Shown one piece after another: positions 56,286 to 64,000 of a DNA stretch of 64,000 bases (position 1 is the first letter of the stretch; the number at the start of each line of letters is the position of its first letter). Source of the DNA: an uncultured bacterium. Lineage in GTDB: Bacteria; Zixibacteria; MSB-5A5; GN15; FEB-12. The stretch is taken from assembly GCA_965372795.1 (NCBI GenBank), contig CBDVDR010000001.1, positions 32,001 to 96,000 on the forward strand, given 5' to 3'. The notes under the pieces are model-generated. The model had not been told where the DNA came from and made no database searches. It saw only the letters and a program-made list of their open reading frames with translations. A program made the position numbers and the translations under genes.

Positions 56286-58096
56286 TAATCTACATCTTCT
56301 ACATTAACGGTGGCAACTCCATCAAGCAGGAGTTTCTTTTCCATAAATATCTTGATAATCTTTCCAACAATCGGGGCGGCAACATCAGATCCATGTCCCG
56401 AATTTTCAACAATGGCCGCAACAACAATCTCGGTATTTTCAAGGGAAGCAACTCCCACAAACCAGGAATGGTTTTCACCATGAGGGTTTTCAGCCGTTCC
56501 GGTTTTCCCGCCGACAGTGTAATATTTATTTTTTAATCTTCGCGCTGTTCCTTTTTCACCTTCAACAACCAGAGTTAAACCTTCCATCAGAATCTCAAGA
56601 GTTTTTTTTGAAAATGGTAGTTGAAAAGAAATAGTCGGTTCCGTTTCCTGTATCTGTTTGTCCGGATAATTTACTTTTTTTATTAAATGAGGACGATATA
56701 CGACCCCGTCATTTACCAGACCACAAAAAAACTGGGCTAATTGAATAACATTGACAAGAAGCTCACCTTGACCAATCGAATTATTCAACACTAAGCCAGT
56801 GGTCCATTTCCTTTTTCCATATCGCTTATCATAGTATGTTGTATTTGGATTTAGTCCTTGCGATTCCCGAGGCAAATCCACTCCGGTAGTTTTTCCAAAT
56901 CCGCAAAGATCAAAATAGCGGCTCAAACCATCAATCCCCAACTTCAAACCTAACTGATAAAAATACACATCACAGGATTGTTCAATCGCATGAACACTGT
57001 TTAATTTTCCATGCCCACTTTCAAGCCAGCATCTGAAAAAACGATTCCCGAATTGATAACCACCGATACAACTGCTGAAAGTTGTATTAATATTGACTAT
57101 TCCTTCCTCTAAGCCGGCACCCAAAGTGATAAATTTTGTGGTAGAACCGGGTGGATATAATCCGTTCAGCGGCCGGTTTAATAAAGGATGCGTGCTGTCG
57201 GTAGTAATTGACTGCCAGAGGCTTTCAGGTATCACTGAAGAAAATATATTTGCATCATAGCCAGGGTAAGAAATCAAAGCCAATATTTCTCCGTTGCGAG
57301 GATCAATGGCAATTATTGTCCCGCAACAAAAAGTATCCAAGGCTTGAGTACAGGCATTCTGAATATCATTATCAATAGTTAAGACCAGATCCGCCCCGGG
57401 AATCGCCGGGTCTGTTTCCTTCTTTTCATATTTCCCAATATTTTGTCCTGAGGCAGTAACCTCAACGTAATCAGTCCCTTCAAATCCCCTAAGCAAAATA
57501 TCGTACTGTTTCTCAATTCCTTTTTTACCGATGACACTTCCCAAACGATAATTGACAGCACTCGTTTTTAATTCATTTTCAGAGACTTCACCGACATATC
57601 CAGTAAATGATTCCGCGCTTAAATCATTATCATATTTCCGAACCCGTTCCATTTGATAAGTTATGCCCGGGAAAAGAGAATTCTGTTCTTCCAAAATTGC
57701 AATTGTTTCAAATGACACATCCCGTTTGACCGGAGTTGGTTGATAACGATTAACCATATTTTTACGGATACGTTTGCGAATCATTGTTGTATCCATTTTC
57801 AAAAGTTCTGCCAGGGCGGGAACGGTTACCCCTTTGACTTCCTCGGTTGGAACAACGGAGACAGTATAAGACGGACGGTTATCAATGATGATTTTTCCTT
57901 CACGATCAAGGACTCTGCCCCGTCGTGGAATAATCGGGACCACTCTTAAGCGGTTTGTTTCTGACTTTAATAAAAGTTCTGAATGCTGTATTACCTGCAG
58001 ATTAAACAGTCCGGCAATAAGCACAATAAAAATTATGCCGACGGCAACAAAACTTACAAAGCGTCGACGGTCAATAGAAAGCTTGAATTGATCCAT
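56285..58096 (-). CDS. mrdA: Penicillin-binding protein 2
   Basis: PRRGRVLDR, PPGSTTK (SxxK), SCD, GKTGTAE; lies between mreD and rodA. Confidence 0.95.
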   Translation of the reverse strand: MDQFKLSIDRRRFVSFVAVGIIFIVLIAGLFNLQVIQHSELLLKSETNRLRVVPIIPRRGRVLDREGKIIIDNRPSYTVSVVPTEEVKGVTVPALAELLKMDTTMIRKRIRKNMVNRYQPTPVKRDVSFETIAILEEQNSLFPGITYQMERVRKYDNDLSAESFTGYVGEVSENELKTSAVNYRLGSVIGKKGIEKQYDILLRGFEGTDYVEVTASGQNIGKYEKKETDPAIPGADLVLTIDNDIQNACTQALDTFCCGTIIAIDPRNGEILALISYPGYDANIFSSVIPESLWQSITTDSTHPLLNRPLNGLYPPGSTTKFITLGAGLEEGIVNINTTFSSCIGGYQFGNRFFRCWLESGHGKLNSVHAIEQSCDVYFYQLGLKLGIDGLSRYFDLCGFGKTTGVDLPRESQGLNPNTTYYDKRYGKRKWTTGLVLNNSIGQGELLVNVIQLAQFFCGLVNDGVVYRPHLIKKVNYPDKQIQETEPTISFQLPFSKKTLEILMEGLTLVVEGEKGTARRLKNKYYTVGGKTGTAENPHGENHSWFVGVASLENTEIVVAAIVENSGHGSDVAAPIVGKIIKIFMEKKLLLDGVATVNVEDVD

Positions 58097-58100
58097 AATT

Positions 58101-58589
58101 TTAAAATATCGTTTTAAACCGCTTATAAGTTATCTTGCCATCCTTGATCAAAAAGAACAGCCAGACGATTAACATAGAATAAATCGCTCCCAAAATAGCA
58201 TTTGTTCCCAGAAGAATCCAAAAACCATCGGTTCGATAAAGAAGAAGCGTTAAAATGTTTGAGATAAAAACACCAAAGGCAACAACCAGGACTCTTGAAA
58301 AAATAGATTCTAAATTTAATTTCTGGCAGATATTATAACTTAAAATCGCAAGAGTGGCATAGACTAATCCCTGCCAACCCATCAAACCCGGTTCAGCTAC
58401 CGCAACTACCACACCAGCTAAAAAAGCAAACCATACAACCGTTAATTCTGATTTATACAAAGTTAATATAAGAACAATAATTATCGGCAGATTAATTGAG
58501 GCAGTATAAATCTGCGTTAAGTCTTTGAGCATGACCTGATGTAAGCCGATCAATAAAAAATAAAGCAGATAAGGAATATATTTTATCAT
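58101..58589 (-). CDS. mreD: Rod shape-determining protein MreD
   Basis: 162-aa multi-TM protein between mreC and mrdA; call rests on synteny. Confidence 0.75.
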   Translation of the reverse strand: MIKYIPYLLYFLLIGLHQVMLKDLTQIYTASINLPIIIVLILTLYKSELTVVWFAFLAGVVVAVAEPGLMGWQGLVYATLAILSYNICQKLNLESIFSRVLVVAFGVFISNILTLLLYRTDGFWILLGTNAILGAIYSMLIVWLFFLIKDGKITYKRFKTIF

Positions 58590-59377
58590 TATAGCCTTGG
58601 TCTCAAAATAAAAATTTCTTCTACTGAGTAAAAATTAACCGAAGCCTCAACCTTAACTCCGCAGAATGGTTCTTCTTCGGGTCTGATAACTTCACTGACC
58701 AAAGCAACATTTAAACCGGAAGGATAGATTCCGCCAAGGCCCGAAGTAACAATTGTATCACCAATAGCAATTTCGCTTTGAATCGGAAGATTTTTTAAAA
58801 TCATTCTATCTTTAATGTTGAATTCAACAATTCCCATATCACGATTTTTAGCTACCCGAACAGCTACTTTATTAGCCGGATGAGTTAATAGCTGAACTGT
58901 TGAAAAATTGTAAGAGACAGCCGTAATTTTCCCTATCAACCCCTCCTGATTGACAACGACCTGATTCAATATTACCGAGTCACGACTGCCTTTATTGATC
59001 GTTACCAATATTGGGACAATATCTGAAGTAACCGAAATTACCTTTGCGGGAAGCAGCCTATACTCGGGAGGAGCTGCAAAACCTAAGACCTCGCGAAACC
59101 TCTCATTCTCCCGAACGGTTTCTTCGAAGGATGAAATTTTGATTGAAGTTTCAACCAGCGCTTCTTTTAATTGGTCATTTTCAAGTGCAATATCCATCAT
59201 ACTTTCGTATTTATGACGAACATTCGAAAAAGGATAATAAAAACCGGTGAAGACGACTTGGCTTACTATGCCTCTAAAAAAATCTCCTCCGCCAATTAAT
59301 AAAATAGATATAATTAATATAATCCCCAAATTTATATTTCGCCATTGTTTGGGGAATAAAGATGAAAGCCAACTCAT
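58589..59377 (-). CDS. mreC: Rod shape-determining protein MreC
   Basis: TM + coiled coil (ENERFREVL), INKGS, GLIGKI, GDTIVTSGLGGIYP. Confidence 0.93.
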   Translation of the reverse strand: MSWLSSLFPKQWRNINLGIILIISILLIGGGDFFRGIVSQVVFTGFYYPFSNVRHKYESMMDIALENDQLKEALVETSIKISSFEETVRENERFREVLGFAAPPEYRLLPAKVISVTSDIVPILVTINKGSRDSVILNQVVVNQEGLIGKITAVSYNFSTVQLLTHPANKVAVRVAKNRDMGIVEFNIKDRMILKNLPIQSEIAIGDTIVTSGLGGIYPSGLNVALVSEVIRPEEEPFCGVKVEASVNFYSVEEIFILRPRL

Positions 59378-59406
59378 AATTATACTGCATCCATGCAGAA
59401 AGGTTA

Positions 59407-59859
59407 TTATTCTACATTATCTATTAGTTCTAAAACATCTCCGGGAGAAGAAACGGCAAGTAATTTTTTACGATTTTCTTCTGATTTCATTAAATAAGAC
59501 AATCTCGCCATGACATTCAAGTGAGCGCCTATTGCATCTTCTGGAGCAGCGATCAAAAAGAAAAGATTTACCGGCTTATGATCCATCGCATCAAAATCAA
59601 TCCCATTCTCTGAACGACCAAAAGCAATCACGATTCCTTTTACAGATTTTGTTTTTGCATGTGGAAATGCAACCCCGTAGCCGACGCCGGTTGTCACCAG
59701 ATCTTCACGTTCTTTAATGTCAGTTAACAACATCTCTTTATTATTGACCATGTTTGATGAAGCGACTAACTCTACCAGCTCATCAATTGCTTCGCTTTTG
59801 TTGGTAGCGCTAAGATCAAATTTAACTAATGTTTCATCGCAAAATTTTGATAATTTCAT
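59407..59859 (-). CDS. PTS IIA domain protein (Ntr/fructose type)
   Basis: REDLVTTGVGYGVAFPHAK with the phospho-His; GIDFDAMDHKPV. Confidence 0.9.
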   Translation of the reverse strand: MKLSKFCDETLVKFDLSATNKSEAIDELVELVASSNMVNNKEMLLTDIKEREDLVTTGVGYGVAFPHAKTKSVKGIVIAFGRSENGIDFDAMDHKPVNLFFLIAAPEDAIGAHLNVMARLSYLMKSEENRKKLLAVSSPGDVLELIDNVE

Positions 59860-59870
59860 TTTTCTCCGCC

Positions 59871-60038
59871 TTATATTTTTTCCGCTTCATCTAATAATAG
59901 TACCGGAATATTATCAGTTATTCGGTACGATAGATGACACTTTTCACAATTCAACAGCTCTTCCTTTTCAATGTAATCAAGTTTTGATTTACACTGAGGA
60001 CAAACCAGCTTTTCGAGTAATTTCTCGCATAATGACAT
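59871..60038 (-). CDS. Trm112/YcaR family zinc-finger protein (55 aa)
   Basis: Missing from the ORF track; hand translation MSLCEKLLEKLVCPQCKSKLDYIEKEELLNCEKCHLSYRITDNIPVLLLDEAEKI matches the L.CP.CK..L...C..C...Y.I.D.IPVLL.DEA pattern. Confidence 0.9.
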   Translation of the reverse strand: MSLCEKLLEKLVCPQCKSKLDYIEKEELLNCEKCHLSYRITDNIPVLLLDEAEKI

Positions 60039-60049
60039 ATTACTTCAAC

Positions 60050-61009
60050 CTATTCTTCAAAATCGCCCATTTTTCTATATTTCTTTAATCTCGCAATTAA
60101 TAATTGATCAATGGGCATCTTTTTTAATTTTTCTAGTTCGATTAGAATCTCTTTTTTCATTGATGCTGCGACTACGGCATGATCTGTATGGGCTCCGTTT
60201 GGCGGCTCTGGAATGACTTTGTCAATGATATTAAGATCAACCAGATCACTGGATGTCACCTTTAGAGCTTCGGCAGCTTCAGGAGCCTTAACTGCATCTC
60301 GCCAAAGAATCGCAGCACAACCCTCAGGCGAAATAACTGAATACCAGGCATATTCAAGCATCATCACACAATCGCCAATACCGATACCCAGAGCCCCTCC
60401 AGAAGCACCTTCGCCAATAATGACAATAACGATTGGAACCCTTAAATTGAACATCTCACGAATATTTTTAGCGATAGCTTCCGCCTGCCCTCGTTCTTCG
60501 GCGCCTATTCCCGGGAACGCACCCGGAGTATCAATTAGAATTATAATTGGTAGGCTAAATTTCTCAGCCATCTTAAATAATCTTAATGCTTTTCGATATC
60601 CCTCAGGATGCATCATTCCAAAATTTCGGTACAACTTATCTTTTGTGTCTCTGCCCTTTTGTTGTCCGATAACCATCACTGGCTGATCATCCAAATTTGC
60701 AAACCCGGCAACAATCGCATGGTCATCACCAAACCCGCGATCACCGTGCAACTCGATAAAATCGGTTGTCATGTGTTTGATGTAATCAAGAGTATATGGT
60801 CGCTTGGGATGTCTTGAAAGTTGAACTTTTTGCCAACGTGATAAATTTGAATAAATTTCTTTACGCAATTTATCGAGCTTTTTGTTCATTGATGCAATTT
60901 CATTCGACAACTCTATATTTTCTCCGACTGCAAAATCTTTCATGTCAGAGATTTTCTTCTCAAGCTCTATAATTGGTTTTTCAAATTCTAAATTTTGAAG
61001 TTCACTCAT
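60050..61009 (-). CDS. accA: Acetyl-CoA carboxylase carboxyltransferase alpha subunit
   Basis: LEFEKPI, RHPKRP, ELHGDR, PEGYRKALR, IDTPGA, GEGASGGA, SVISPEGCAAILW. Confidence 0.97.
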   Translation of the reverse strand: MSELQNLEFEKPIIELEKKISDMKDFAVGENIELSNEIASMNKKLDKLRKEIYSNLSRWQKVQLSRHPKRPYTLDYIKHMTTDFIELHGDRGFGDDHAIVAGFANLDDQPVMVIGQQKGRDTKDKLYRNFGMMHPEGYRKALRLFKMAEKFSLPIIILIDTPGAFPGIGAEERGQAEAIAKNIREMFNLRVPIVIVIIGEGASGGALGIGIGDCVMMLEYAWYSVISPEGCAAILWRDAVKAPEAAEALKVTSSDLVDLNIIDKVIPEPPNGAHTDHAVVAASMKKEILIELEKLKKMPIDQLLIARLKKYRKMGDFEE

Positions 61010-61027
61010 AAAATAATACTATCTCTT

Positions 61028-62101
61028 TTATCCTTTTAAGTTCCTTCGATTATTTTTAATTCGACCGGGAACAATATTGGTAATTATAATAAAGAATATA
61101 GCGAAAATTACAACCATAAAAAAGACCAGACATCCAAAGACTATCAGTCTGTCCCAGAAAAACATAGCCAGCGCAAAACAGCCAAAAACAACCGCCAGGG
61201 AATAAAATATTGTAACCGTCTGTTTTGGGGAAAAACCGGCTAAGGCAAGAAAATGGAATAAATGCCGTCTATCTGCCCCAAGTACATTTTTACCCGTTAT
61301 TAACCGTCTGACAAAGGAAGAAACTGACTCAAGGATCGGTACCGCTAAAACCAATAATGGAATAAACAAAGCCGATACGGTATATGACTTTAAAGGGAAT
61401 ATCAGCGACACAACCGCAAAATAATACCCGATCTGCATCGACCCGGAGTCTCCCAAAAATATACGCGCAGGATATCGATTAAAATAGAGGAATACAGAAA
61501 GAAATCCGATCAAACCTGCTATAAATATCTGAATTTCAACAACTTGATAAAGAATACTTATTATCAAAAGGGTGACTGCACCGATAAGTGAGACTCCCGA
61601 AGCAAGCCCATCAAGGCCATCGATCAGGTTTATCGAGTTGGTCAGCATAACCACCCAGATAACCGTTATAAACACTGAAAACCAGCTCATTTCAACTGAC
61701 CCGAAAGGAGTTGACAAAAATTCTACCTGTAAACCGGAAAAAAACAGTACCAACCCTGCAGAAATCTGTGCCGCCAATTTGACCCAGGCAGCAAGAGGCG
61801 TGAGATCATCGGCGATCCCTACCAGCAGAATAATCAAAGCTCCCATAAATATATAGATAATCGAATCTGATAATTGAGTATTCAAATTTTCAAAAAACAA
61901 TAATGCGACAAAAACTGTCATCCAAAAAGTTATAAACAATGCCACCCCGCCAAATATCGGCATTGGCTTTTTATGCCGTTTATGCTTTCCCGGAAAATCC
62001 AATAACGAATATTTGTGGCACAATTTAATTACAAGGGGGATTATAAATATCGCGCTGATCGAGCTTATTAAAATTCCTGATAATATCTGAATATAGTTCA
62101 T
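61028..62101 (-). CDS. Undecaprenyl-phosphate GlcNAc-1-phosphate transferase (WecA/TagO, MraY family)
   Basis: GIADD, NSINLIDGLDGLA, IFLGDSGS, DRRHLFH. Confidence 0.9.
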   Translation of the reverse strand: MNYIQILSGILISSISAIFIIPLVIKLCHKYSLLDFPGKHKRHKKPMPIFGGVALFITFWMTVFVALLFFENLNTQLSDSIIYIFMGALIILLVGIADDLTPLAAWVKLAAQISAGLVLFFSGLQVEFLSTPFGSVEMSWFSVFITVIWVVMLTNSINLIDGLDGLASGVSLIGAVTLLIISILYQVVEIQIFIAGLIGFLSVFLYFNRYPARIFLGDSGSMQIGYYFAVVSLIFPLKSYTVSALFIPLLVLAVPILESVSSFVRRLITGKNVLGADRRHLFHFLALAGFSPKQTVTIFYSLAVVFGCFALAMFFWDRLIVFGCLVFFMVVIFAIFFIIITNIVPGRIKNNRRNLKG

Positions 62102-62110
62102 AGTTTTCCT

Positions 62111-62950
62111 TTAGTTCTTTCGAACCAAAGAATATAAACCGATTAGGGTAAGATTAACAACCAATAATAAGGGAAGTAACAACAATGAAAAACCATTTGG
62201 ATAATGTTTTAGAAAATATTTCCAAACCGATGAATGATGATAAAGCTTCCTTTTGAAAAATCCGACCTCACTCCCTTTCCCCCAATGATGACACCCCATT
62301 GCATCTGGCACAAAATAATTTTTATAACCGTTACGATGCAAACTCAGACAAAGATCGGTATCTTCCATATACATAAAATACCTTTTATCAAACCCGCCTA
62401 ATTCATGAAAGAGAACCCGCTTGATAAATAAAGCTGTTCCGGAAACTGCCGGAACTTCGGTGAGTTCATTATAATCTTTATGAGTATATAGACTATTTGA
62501 AAACATTTTCCCTACTAATGAGCCTCTTGAAAAAAAGATATTATTGATTGTGGGGAGTTCCCGGCAGGTTGGATGGAAACTTCCATCAGGGTTAACCATT
62601 CGAGCCGCCAGAGCGCCGGGATTTTCACATCTTTGAAAAGCTTCGCTCAATTCTAAAATTGCATCGTCTTCCAAAATAACGTCGGGATTTAAAAAAAACA
62701 AGAATTCACCTTTGGCAAAAGATGCCCCGACATTACATGCCGGACCAAAGCCGATATTCTTTTTGGTTTTAATCAGATATATATCAGGGTGATTTTCTTC
62801 AATAAACTGAATCGTCCCATCAGTTGACTTATTATCAATGATTATAATATCAGAAGATTCGGCACAGAGTTCTAGAGCCTTAAGGCAGTCAGGTATTGTC
62901 GAGAGAGAATTACAAGTAACAATAATAACCGAGACTTTGTTTTTGTTCAA
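62111..62950 (-). CDS. GT2 family glycosyltransferase (WbbL-like)
   Basis: IDNKSTDGT, NIGFG, LNPD, GGFDKRYFMYMEDTDLC. Confidence 0.88.
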   Translation of the reverse strand: MNKNKVSVIIVTCNSLSTIPDCLKALELCAESSDIIIIDNKSTDGTIQFIEENHPDIYLIKTKKNIGFGPACNVGASFAKGEFLFFLNPDVILEDDAILELSEAFQRCENPGALAARMVNPDGSFHPTCRELPTINNIFFSRGSLVGKMFSNSLYTHKDYNELTEVPAVSGTALFIKRVLFHELGGFDKRYFMYMEDTDLCLSLHRNGYKNYFVPDAMGCHHWGKGSEVGFFKRKLYHHSSVWKYFLKHYPNGFSLLLLPLLLVVNLTLIGLYSLVRKN

Positions 62951-62963
62951 AGCCTGATGTTCC

Positions 62964-63692
62964 CTATTTTAATTTTCCAAAAATTGATTTGAGTCGTAAC
63001 ATCCAGACCATCCAGATTGCCTCACGAACAATTTTTTTGGACATTTTTGAAGTCCCAATAATCCTATCTACAAAAACAATTGGAATTTCTTTGATTCTGA
63101 ATCCTTTTTTCCAGGCTCGCATGGTGACTTCTATTTGGAATGAATAGCCGTTGGAGCGTACATCATCAAGATTTATTGCCTGAAGAACTTCTTTACGGAA
63201 ACATTTAAATCCGCCGGTAGCATCTCTAAGCGGCAGACCGGTTACAATTCGAGTATATACATTAGCATAGTAAGACAGCAACAAACGCATCATCGGCCAG
63301 TTGATAACATTGACTCCCGAGATATATCTTGAACCGATCACCAGATCATGATCTTTAATCTCACGAAAAAAATCTTTGATATATTCCGGTCCATGAGAAA
63401 AATCAGCATCCATCTCAAAAATCAGATCAAAATCTTTTTCAAGAGCCCATCTAAATCCGGCAATATAAGCCCGGCCAAGACCCTCTTTATTCTGACGATG
63501 AAGCACGAACACTTTTTCTTCCTGTTTGCTTAATCGTTCAGCAATTTTACCGGTACCATCCGGAGAGTTATCATCGACTATCAAAACATGAATTCGTGCA
63601 TCCAGAGGTAATACTGAATGAACTATTTTTTCAATATTCTCTTTTTCATTGTAAGTCGGGAATATTATCAGTGCCCGTTGCGAATGAGTCAT
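62964..63692 (-). CDS. Polyprenol-phosphate mannose synthase (Ppm1/Dpm1-like GT2)
   Basis: PTYNEKENI, VDDNSPDGT, GLGRAY, EMDADFSH, IGSRY, DATGGFK, GYSFQIE. Confidence 0.9.
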   Translation of the reverse strand: MTHSQRALIIFPTYNEKENIEKIVHSVLPLDARIHVLIVDDNSPDGTGKIAERLSKQEEKVFVLHRQNKEGLGRAYIAGFRWALEKDFDLIFEMDADFSHGPEYIKDFFREIKDHDLVIGSRYISGVNVINWPMMRLLLSYYANVYTRIVTGLPLRDATGGFKCFRKEVLQAINLDDVRSNGYSFQIEVTMRAWKKGFRIKEIPIVFVDRIIGTSKMSKKIVREAIWMVWMLRLKSIFGKLK

Positions 63693-64000
63693 TCTATTTG
63701 AGTTTCCTTTTCTTCTTTTCGGGAAAATCCCCGGTAGCTATAAAAAACTAAAATAACAAACAGCCAGACCATTGTCAAGCCGGTTAACATCTTGCCTGTA
63801 CCGTATTTACTTGACTTATACTTAAATTTTACCTGTTTTGTTCCAGCCGGCAGCTCTACTGCTCGAAATGAACCATCAGCCCGTAACAATTCAGATTTTT
63901 CTCCATCAACGAATACCTGCCAGGCATAGTAATAATTGTCGGTTAAAACCAACATTCTGTTACTCTGACAATTTGTCCCAATTACAATTGAATCATTTGC
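63689..64000 (-). CDS. YfhO-family (GT-C-like) membrane protein, 3' end only
   Basis: Frame open to the window edge; LVLTDNYYYAWQVFVDG...RADGSFRAVELPAG..V.FKY followed by a C-terminal TM helix. Confidence 0.8.
   Translation of the reverse strand, partial: ANDSIVIGTNCQSNRMLVLTDNYYYAWQVFVDGEKSELLRADGSFRAVELPAGTKQVKFKYKSSKYGTGKMLTGLTMVWLFVILVFYSYRGFSRKEEKETQIE

Noticed and set aside
1351..63533. Numerous short antisense or alternate-frame ORFs nested in long genes
   Set aside because: They are fully contained in well-supported CDSs and lack motifs; these are expected shadow ORFs.

Overview
AT-rich bacterial genomic window, most likely candidate division Zixibacteria or a related FCB-group lineage. 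This is an inference from Cys-flanked dockerin-like modules and a 'QNYPNPFNP...YFYRL...KKMMLLK' FlgD/T9SS-type C-terminal domain. The left 38 kb is accessory and surface-related: a truncated secreted protein, three tandem ~1160-aa dockerin-bearing paralogs, a DUF5916/CBM9-like protein, a VOC enzyme, and a beta-barrel gene paired with a 16xPKD/DUF11/OmpA giant protein. It also holds a four-gene cassette (ECF sigma, zinc anti-sigma, TPR-CHAT caspase-like protease, exported S8 protease), a GIY-YIG nuclease, and a 2060-bp integrase-less islet in tRNA-Gln(CTG) carrying a redoxin and a 6-Cys prepro-peptide. The right 26 kb is mostly housekeeping: rpe-tkt-glk(degenerate ATP motifs)-thiN, queG, a RAM-NuoE-NuoF-(GltD/NuoG fusion) flavin-bifurcating-type complex, rocD, a dockerin-only lipoprotein, a DMT transporter, and a YfhO-Ppm-GT2-WecA-accA-Trm112-PTS IIA-mreCD-mrdA-rodA run. 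The best candidates for undescribed biology are the CRISPR-independent CHAT/anti-sigma/ECF/S8 circuit, the tRNA islet peptide with an X-Pro/X-Ala pro-region plus a dedicated oxidoreductase, the disulfide-stapled PKD rod with its partner barrel, and a dockerin-based surface assembly network. All calls come from reading motifs by eye; no searches were run.
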